Below are positions 53,309 through 64,000 of a DNA stretch of 64,000 bases, piece by piece; the first letter of the stretch is position 1, and each line of letters opens with the position of its first letter. This DNA is from an uncultured Actinomycetota bacterium (GTDB lineage: Bacteria; Actinomycetota; Actinomycetes; JAHEKZ01): NCBI GenBank assembly GCA_963712425.1, contig CAVQHW010000004.1, positions 308,390 through 372,389 on the forward strand. The letters run 5' to 3'. The notes beneath the pieces are model-generated. The model did not search any database and was not told the origin of the DNA. It worked only from the letters and a program-made list of their open reading frames with translations. The translations under genes and the position numbers were made by a program.

Positions 53309-53674
53309 CTAACCGCCGCCGAGTGTCTGCGCGTCGGCCGGGCCCGCGGGGTCGCCATGCTCGCCTGGCTCGCCTGACTCCACGGCGGTGTCGGCCACGG
53401 TGTTGTCGGCCATGGTGGCGGACAACTCGCCCAAGACCTGCTCATAGACCGCGGGGTGGTCAGAGACGGGACGCTCACCCAGCCCTTCCAGGGGGGCCAA
53501 CGCCCGATCGATGTCTGGGGCCCCGGTCGAGATCACTCCAAGGTCCAACTCTGACTGCTCATCAGCGCTGAGCTCTGCCCCCGGGGCGCGGCTCGGGGCT
53601 GCTGGAGTCGGGGTCTGAGCTTCCGGGGCCGGCATTTCCGGGATCTGGGCTGGCCGGATCGGTTCGAGGGTCAC
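53309..53674 (-). CDS. Small acidic hypothetical protein upstream of tlyA
   Basis: TGAPDIDRAL..L..L...PVSDHPAVYEQV pattern resembles small proteins found at this locus in actinomycetes. Confidence 0.6.
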   Translation of the reverse strand: MTLEPIRPAQIPEMPAPEAQTPTPAAPSRAPGAELSADEQSELDLGVISTGAPDIDRALAPLEGLGERPVSDHPAVYEQVLGELSATMADNTVADTAVESGEPGEHGDPAGPADAQTLGGG

Positions 53675-53683
53675 GGGCTCACG

Positions 53684-54106
53684 CTAGCGCTCATCGCGGG
53701 CTGAGCGGGCGCGCAGGGTGGCACGCACGTGCTCCAACTGTGCGGCGTACTCGGGCCGGTCGGGTCGCATCGCGACAGCCAGAGCCAAGTGTTCGGCCGC
53801 TTCTGCGAATCTGCCCTGGCGTGCCAATGCCATACCCAAGCCCAAGTGCGCGTAGTCGTCGTCAGGGGCACGAGCCACCAAGGTGGCGAAATCGGCTTCA
53901 GCTTCTGAGTACTGTCCGGTCGCCAGCCTGGCGCGTCCCAACGTCTCTCTGGCGTGTGGTGAATCTGGCTCCTGCGCACTCACGCGAGCTAACAGTTGGA
54001 CAGCGGCTGCGGCATTGCCCTCGTCGAGCAGTTGGCATCCTCGGCGGTACCAGTCGTAGAGGTCACCGCGCGGTCCAGAATCCAGCCCAGAATCGCCTGC
54101 GTTCAC
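53684..54106 (-). CDS. Tetratricopeptide repeat protein
   Basis: YDWYRRG, ARETLGRA...GQY.EA and PDDDYAHLGLGMAL...G...EA TPR pattern. Confidence 0.85.
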   Translation of the reverse strand: MNAGDSGLDSGPRGDLYDWYRRGCQLLDEGNAAAAVQLLARVSAQEPDSPHARETLGRARLATGQYSEAEADFATLVARAPDDDYAHLGLGMALARQGRFAEAAEHLALAVAMRPDRPEYAAQLEHVRATLRARSARDER

Positions 54107-54149
54107 TCTCCGATCGTACGTCGAGCCCAGGTGTCGGATCGGTGAGTGC

Positions 54150-54524
54150 TCACTGATCTGGGTTCTTCCGGTCTCGGCTCACGCGACTCACCTCGACGTC
54201 GTATCGACTGCGGGGCCCTTGCGGTGAGCGCCAGAATCGCCGACGCAACGAACCTTCGACAGCCAGGTGGTCACCCTCAGCCCACGAGAGCGAACGCCGG
54301 CGCAACCCGGCGCTCCACACCGTGCAATCGATCGTGTCAACCGTTGCCTGCGCCGAGCGAGGCCCTCGGCGATCGACGATCAAGCGAAAGGTGACGACCT
54401 CGTCGCCGCTGGGCAGCGACCGCGCCTCTGGCTCGGCTGCGAGCCGACCTCGGAGGCGGACCTCGTTCAACGACCCACCGCGTCGTCCAGCTGCCGCCGA
54501 ACGTTTGGGTGCACTGCTTGCCAT
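54150..54524 (-). CDS. Single-stranded DNA-binding protein paralogue (OB fold, no acidic tail)
   Basis: NEVRLRGRL...PE.R.LPSGD.V.TFRL, DTIDC.VW and VEGSLRRRFW. Confidence 0.85.
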   Translation of the reverse strand: MASSAPKRSAAAGRRGGSLNEVRLRGRLAAEPEARSLPSGDEVVTFRLIVDRRGPRSAQATVDTIDCTVWSAGLRRRSLSWAEGDHLAVEGSLRRRFWRSPQGPRSRYDVEVSRVSRDRKNPDQ

Positions 54525-54690
54525 GCACTCACTCCTCTCGTGGCGCAGAACGCCGAACAGATGTCCTGGCTGGACGGTCGGCGCTCCATCTCGGGCAGGA
54601 GGATGCGGCCAACTGAGGGAAGTGCGCGACTAGTTCACGCCAATGGTGGACAACCGATGCGATGTCCGCTTTGGGGACAAGTCGGTGTTG

Positions 54691-54719
54691 TAGGCTTTTC
54701 CCACTTTGCAGGTGGGAAA
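54691..54719 (+). promoter_or_regulatory. -10-like TAGGCT followed by palindrome TTTCCCAC-N7-GTGGGAAA; candidate repressor site
   Basis: Perfect 8-7-8 inverted repeat at 54697-54719, about 45 nt upstream of the TauE-like start. Confidence 0.55.
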
Positions 54720-54763
54720 TGCCCCCTCTGTGTCGGCTCCCAGATCACCCGAGGTCGCGCTCC

Positions 54764-55846
54764 ATGAACACCACCTTCGAGCTCTTCGGCGGCTTCGAGC
54801 TCAACGCCGGACTTCTGGTCGCCGGCATCATCGTCGGCTTTGTCGTGGGGCTGACGGGTATGGGCGGGGGTGCGTTGATGACCCCAGCCCTCATCCTCTT
54901 CTTCGGCGTCGATCCGCTCACTGCGGTCAGCAGCGACCTGATCGTCTCGCTGTTCATGAAGCCGGTTGGCGCCGCCGTTCACCTCAAGCGCGGCACGGTC
55001 AACCTCACATTGGTCAAGTGGTTGATGATTGGCTCAGTACCCGCCGCTGTTGGTGGGGTGCTGATCATCACGTCGATCGGCGAGAGTGCAACTGTCGAGA
55101 CGTTCATCAAGATCGCCCTCGGCGTTGCCCTGCTCTTGTCGGTCGCCACCATGATCGGCAAGGCGCTGGTGTCGCTACGGCAGCACTACCGCGACCAGGC
55201 CGCGGGGGTAGTCGCCCGGTCGGGCGCCTCGGTCTTTGGCATCGCCGTCAAACCAGTTCCCACGGTCATCATCGGGGTGCTCGGTGGCGTCGTGGTCGGT
55301 ATGACCTCGGTGGGCTCTGGATCCTTGATCATCGTCGGCCTGCTGCTGTTGTACCCCACGCTTCGCGCTGGTGACCTCGTCGGCACCGACCTGGTGCAGG
55401 CGGTCCCACTCGTCGGCGCGGCCGCCCTCACTTACATCCTGCTGGGCCAGTTCCACCTCGATGTCACAGGTTCGCTGCTGCTCGGCGCGCTACCCGGTGT
55501 CTACGTCGGCGCCCGGGTGTCCTCGCGGGGCCAGGCCGGCATTGTTCGGCGAGCGCTCGTCCTCGTGCTCTTCGCCAGCGGTCTGAAGTTGGTCGGGCTG
55601 TCCCCCATCGCGGTCGGCATCGCAGTGCTGGCCTTCGTGATCATCGGCCCGGTCGTGTGGGCTCTGGTGCGCAGCACGAACGGCTTCCAGCACGGGCCCC
55701 AGCGAGACCCCGACGTACCGCTCTGGCGACTGGTCTGGGCATCGGCGAGCGGGGTGCCTCCCCGCTACCAGGGTTCGTCGATCACCGACGATCCGAGCCC
55801 GGATTGGGGTCGCGAGAAGTCCGCGGCCGACCCACTGCTGAGCTAG
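54764..55846 (+). CDS. Sulfite exporter TauE/SafE family protein
   Basis: VGLTGMGGGALMTP, VGMTSVGSGS and LVGTDLVQAVP. Multi-pass membrane protein. Confidence 0.9.
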   Translation: MNTTFELFGGFELNAGLLVAGIIVGFVVGLTGMGGGALMTPALILFFGVDPLTAVSSDLIVSLFMKPVGAAVHLKRGTVNLTLVKWLMIGSVPAAVGGVLIITSIGESATVETFIKIALGVALLLSVATMIGKALVSLRQHYRDQAAGVVARSGASVFGIAVKPVPTVIIGVLGGVVVGMTSVGSGSLIIVGLLLLYPTLRAGDLVGTDLVQAVPLVGAAALTYILLGQFHLDVTGSLLLGALPGVYVGARVSSRGQAGIVRRALVLVLFASGLKLVGLSPIAVGIAVLAFVIIGPVVWALVRSTNGFQHGPQRDPDVPLWRLVWASASGVPPRYQGSSITDDPSPDWGREKSAADPLLS

Positions 55847-55865
55847 GGATCTCGCTAGGGATCTC
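55842..55865. repeat. 2 x 12-bp tandem repeat GCTAGGGATCTC
   Basis: Exact duplication spanning the TauE stop, with a degenerate continuation to about 55885. Confidence 0.6.
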
Positions 55866-55879
55866 GCAGGGCGATCTGG

Positions 55880-56689
55880 CTAGGGCTGACTCGCGTCATC
55901 GGCGATAGCCGACACGGACGCCGCGCGTTCTGCCGCGTCCGTTGCCGAGTTGCCGTCTTCCTCGGCCACTCTGGCAAACCACTGCTGGCGCTTCCTTGTC
56001 ACGGCCGACCCGCTCGAGAGCGTCGGCATAGGCATAACGCAGCCGGACGATCGAGTGCTCGCTGGCAGCGCCAGCGCGCCTGAGGGCGGGATCTGCTTCG
56101 AGCAAGACCACGGCGCTCTCGTGCTGTCCGAGGTCAGACCGCGCTCCGGCGACGACGATCAATAGCTCGCGTGCGACCTCAGGTGGTAGCCGCTGCGCCT
56201 CGGGAGTGGCAGCCAGTTCGATGGCACGTTCGGGTCGGCCCAGGCCACGCTCGCAGTCGGCCATCAAAGGCAGGTGGTGCTGGTCGCCACTGAGCCGGCG
56301 GTATGCACGCAGTTCGGTCAGGGCGGCCTCGTAGTCGCCGCAGGCGTACGCCGTGAGCGCGCACGCCTCGCGAACGGTCGCTACCCGTCCTGCCACCCGG
56401 CGGGCTTCGTCGGTGTGCAAGCGCGCTGCCTCGGGGTCGTCATCGATGAGCATGCCGGCAGCTGCCAGGTGGGCCCCCACCTTCTCGGCGATGGCCTTGG
56501 GCAGTGAGCGAAGCGAGGCTCTGGCCTCTCGATCGAGGTCAAACCAGCTGATGTCCTCCGGGATGCTCGGCCCCTGAGGGCGAGCCGTCCGCGAACTCTC
56601 TGACCTCGGTCGATCTGACCTCGGCGATCTGACCTCGGACGATCTGACCTCGGTCGATCTGACCTGGGACGCTCTGATGCGGTGGCCAT
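55880..56689 (-). CDS. TPR-like conserved protein downstream of rrn (Rv1691-like); two apparent frameshifts (near 56624 and 55987)
   Basis: ATG at 56689 (MATASERPRSD...), core LRSLPK..AEKV..HL.AAG, MADCERGLGRPERA and RLRYAYADAL. The shifted tail QWFARVAEED...TDAAER ends at TAG 55880-55882. Confidence 0.8.
56599..56677. repeat. About 5 x 15-bp tandem repeat TCTGACCTCGGNCGA encoding (RPRSD)n; one unit is 14 bp
   Basis: Units start at 56599, 56614 (14 bp), 56628, 56643 and 56658. Confidence 0.85.
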
Positions 56690-56760
56690 CTGGCCGCCTC
56701 TCTGGTGTTGACCAATCTGGTGCCTGTCGAACTGCTGCAAACAAACCTGCCCTGGAAACA

Positions 56761-56794
56761 CCAATGAGGGGCCACCGAAGTGGCCCCTCATTGG
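56761..56794 (-). terminator. rrn operon terminator
   Basis: 15-bp perfect stem CCAATGAGGGGCCAC-TTCG-GTGGCCCCTCATTGG followed by TGTTT on the minus strand, just after 5S. Confidence 0.85.
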
Positions 56795-56801
56795 GAAAAA
56801 T

Positions 56802-56919
56802 GTCCGGCGGCGTCCTACTCTCCCACGCAGTCTCCCACGCAGTACCATCGGCGCTGAAGGGCTTAGCTTCCGGGTTCGGAATGGGACCGGGCGTTTCCCC
56901 TTCGCTATGGCCACCGAAA
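56802..56919 (-). rRNA. rrf: 5S rRNA
   Basis: TTTCGGTGGCCATAGCG...CCATTCCGAACCCGGAAGCTAAG...GCCGATGGTACT...GAGAGTAGGACGCCGCCGGAC. Ends are approximate. Confidence 0.95.
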
Positions 56920-57012
56920 CTCTATGGAGTTATGCCAAAGCCTAAGAAAGGCTCCCGACCGTAACTCGGGAACCGCACAGTGGACGCTGTATCACACGCA
57001 AATCTGGGTAAG

Positions 57013-60136
<3,124 letters not shown>

Positions 60137-60593
60137 ACATTGACCACAAAAAAAATTTGTTTGGATGCTCGCGTCCACTGTGCAGTTCTCAAGGTACGGG
60201 CGGTGCACGTGCGCGAGTCCTCGTGTGCCGTGACGAGCACGGTCGTGCGAGGGCGTACGTGTCCTGGCCGGCGCGAGCTCACTGCCACCCGTAGGGCAGG
60301 CACCAAACTCGACGGACCGAAGGTCAGACACTGGCGAGCACCCCAGCGCCACGTGATGTGGTGCGGAGGTGCTCGACTGGGCCCGAACCCTCAGGACCCA
60401 ACAGCGTGTCAGATGTCGTCGCGACTCTCGAAGTTCCACACGACCGGCAAGCCGGACGTAGTACTGACTCGAGAAAGGGTCAGACACCCACTCAGCGATG
60501 TTCCACCCATGAGCAACCTCGGTGGGACATATGCCCACTCAAAAGGCTCTGGACGCCATTATCGGAATTCACCGATAAATGACGCCAGGTGCT

Positions 60594-62117
<1,524 letters not shown>

Positions 62118-62338
62118 AAACCTTTGAGTTTGCTGTCGGCTGGCACCGACAGCTAGATCCCGCGACCATCTGGAGTCAGATGATCGGTTCTCGTTAGTTT
62201 TGCTCGCATCCGTCGGACGGGGCCGACGTCACGAGCGCCAAATAATTTGGCATCGCTGTTTGACACGCTGTTGAGTTCTCAAGGTTCGTGCGCGCACTGA
62301 ACTAGGCCGTTTCCGGCTGTTTTCAGGGCAACCACGGA

Positions 62339-62367
62339 AGGCTATCACGCCTACCGAGGCGGTCCAA
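62339..62367 (-). promoter_or_regulatory. rrn promoter, proximal
   Basis: TTGGAC-17 nt-TAGCCT. The conserved leader motif CTTGAGAACTCAACAG lies downstream at about 62268-62283. Confidence 0.65.
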
Positions 62368-62552
62368 ACCGAGGTCACCTGAGTGACGACGGCCCCTGTC
62401 CGGGGTGATGAGCGATCGTGGATCGCTCATCAGTGAACCGTTGCTGCAGACCACCGGAGTGGTCGTTGTATGAAGCCCACCCGACCGGCCACACGACCAT
62501 GCGACGGCGAGTCACACGCGTTTGCGTCCGTTCCTCGAAGGAGGGCTCGTGA

Positions 62553-62581
62553 ACACTAGACAGGTCGCTGCGGCGGGTCAA
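62553..62581 (-). promoter_or_regulatory. rrn promoter, distal
   Basis: TTGACC-17 nt-TAGTGT, a housekeeping sigma consensus. Confidence 0.7.
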
Positions 62582-62627
62582 ATCGGGGCCAGCATGTGAC
62601 TCAGGGACTGGCTCAACTCGCCCCTGT

Positions 62628-63899
62628 TCACACCACCTCAACGCCTGCCAACGACCGCTTGCCGCGTCGCAATACCAGCCAACGGCCGTGCAACAAGTTG
62701 TCGGCAGATGGACGCCATTCGGCATCAGCACACCGTTCGTTGTTGACGTAGGCACCACCCTCGTCGATCGCACGCCGAGCAGCTGACTTGCTCGCGGACA
62801 GCTCGGTGGCGACCAGAAGGTCGACGAGAGTGGGCAGCTCACCGGCGGGCACCGTGACGTGCGGTGCCTCGCGCAACGCAGCTCCCAGAGTCGCTGGCTC
62901 GACGTCAGTCAACGCACCGCGTCCAAAGAGAGCGGCGGAAGCCGCCTCGACCTGAGTCGTCTGGTCTTGACCGTGAACCAGGGTGGTCAGGTCTTGTGCG
63001 AGGGCTCGCTGTCCGGCACGCAGATGCGGGCGTTCGGTCGTATCAGCTTCCAGTTCTTCGATCTCGTCTGGTGCCCGGAACGTCATGCGCCGCAACAACG
63101 CCGGAACGACTGCATCTTCGACGTTGATCCAGAACTGGTAGAAGGCGTATGGCGAGGTGAGCTCGGGGTCGAGCCACAGCGCGCCACCTTCAGACTTGCC
63201 GTACTTCGTGCCATCGGCCCTTGTCAGAAGCGGCGTGGTCAACGCATGCACGTGATCACCAGTGACGCGGCGAATCAGATCAACTCCGGCTGTGATGTTG
63301 CCCCATTGGTCGGAACCACCGATCTGCAAGGTGCAGTCGTTCCGGCGGAACAGCTCGAGGTAGTCGTGTGATTGCAGCAGCTGGTAGCTGAACTCGGTGT
63401 AACTGATGCCTCCGGACGCCAATCGCGCCGCCACGGCCTCGCGGTCAAGCATCCGATTCACGGGAAAGTGCTTGCCAATGTCGCGGAGAAACTCGATCGC
63501 CGTCAGAGACTGCGTCCAGTCGAGGTTGTTGACCAGTTGTGCAGGGGCTGAATGGCTGTCAGAGAAGTCGAGGTAGCGCTCAAGCTGCTGCCGGATGCGC
63601 TCGACCCAGCCAGCCACCACGTCCGGCGAGTGCAGTTGGCGTTCTCCGGACATGCGCGGGTCACCGATGAGCCCGGTGGCCCCACCCACCAGGCCGAGGG
63701 GTCGATGCCCGGCGTCCTGGAATCGCTTCAAGGTCAGCACCTGTAGCAAGTGACCCGCGTGCAGGCTTGGTGCGGTCGGATCAAACCCGCTGTACAAAGT
63801 GCGGGATCCACTCTGGAAGTGCTGAGCCAGCGCCCCTAGATCGGTGCTCTGCGCGATGAGTCCTCGCCAGCTGAGGTCCTCGATGATGTCTACGGCCAC
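62628..63899 (-). CDS. tyrS: Tyrosine--tRNA ligase
   Basis: [15 protein letters not shown] (HIGH), [16 protein letters not shown] (KMSKS) and C-terminal S4 domain LRRGK. Confidence 0.97.
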   Translation of the reverse strand: MAVDIIEDLSWRGLIAQSTDLGALAQHFQSGSRTLYSGFDPTAPSLHAGHLLQVLTLKRFQDAGHRPLGLVGGATGLIGDPRMSGERQLHSPDVVAGWVERIRQQLERYLDFSDSHSAPAQLVNNLDWTQSLTAIEFLRDIGKHFPVNRMLDREAVAARLASGGISYTEFSYQLLQSHDYLELFRRNDCTLQIGGSDQWGNITAGVDLIRRVTGDHVHALTTPLLTRADGTKYGKSEGGALWLDPELTSPYAFYQFWINVEDAVVPALLRRMTFRAPDEIEELEADTTERPHLRAGQRALAQDLTTLVHGQDQTTQVEAASAALFGRGALTDVEPATLGAALREAPHVTVPAGELPTLVDLLVATELSASKSAARRAIDEGGAYVNNERCADAEWRPSADNLLHGRWLVLRRGKRSLAGVEVV

Positions 63900-63903
63900 G
63901 TGT

Positions 63904-64000
63904 TCATCCTGGCGCATGGGGCGTCTGCTTCCTCGCGCGACTGACCGAAGCGGAGGTGGACAACCACCAACGCCACGGGCGATCTACCTCGTGCCTGATA
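63904..64000 (-). CDS. 3' end of a probable DNA-3-methyladenine glycosylase (MPG)
   Basis: Hand translation ...[31 protein letters not shown]. The PWRxW...VS tail and position upstream of tyrS match mpg-tyrS synteny. Confidence 0.6.
   Translation of the reverse strand, partial: IRHEVDRPWRWWLSTSASVSRARKQTPHAPG

Noticed and set aside
56599-56677. Possible CRISPR array
   Set aside because: The 15-bp units are directly adjacent with no spacers, lie in a coding frame, and no cas genes are present.

Overview
A ~65% GC actinomycete chromosomal segment. It contains a canonical chromosome-dimer resolution (dif) site at 1769-1796. Left arm (1-10.9 kb): accessory genes (GNAT, OsmC, DesK/DesR-like pair, ArsR-SRPBCC operon, srsABC-like type III PKS cluster). 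From 10.9 to 64 kb, mostly on the minus strand, is the conserved actinobacterial backbone: mpg(partial), tyrS, rrn (16S-23S-5S), TPR protein, tlyA, ppnK, recN, steA, steB, a MraY-like/MurJ-like/GT4/large membrane protein block, pyrG, NUDIX, ald, xerD, parA, scpAB, rluB, aroH, tyrA, cmk, der, tRNA-Pro, then pgsA2, DUF881/sbp, gcvH, garA, ftsR, nuclease, MerR, tandem glycine riboswitch and gcvP. A small accessory patch beside tRNA-Pro holds an amino-acid ABC transporter, a CDGSH Fe-S protein, a DUF4062-STAND ATPase and a secreted protein. About 11 single-base frameshifts, one in essential der, look like assembly errors. Best leads: a steAB-linked candidate lipid-linked glycan pathway, a pyrC-like start-site-switch leader at pyrG, FtsR-like MerR operators also upstream of parA-scpAB, the NLR-like DUF4062 protein, and an rrn operon only ~55 kb from dif. 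No CRISPR, IS or prophage was seen. All calls are from motif recognition by eye; no database searches were run.
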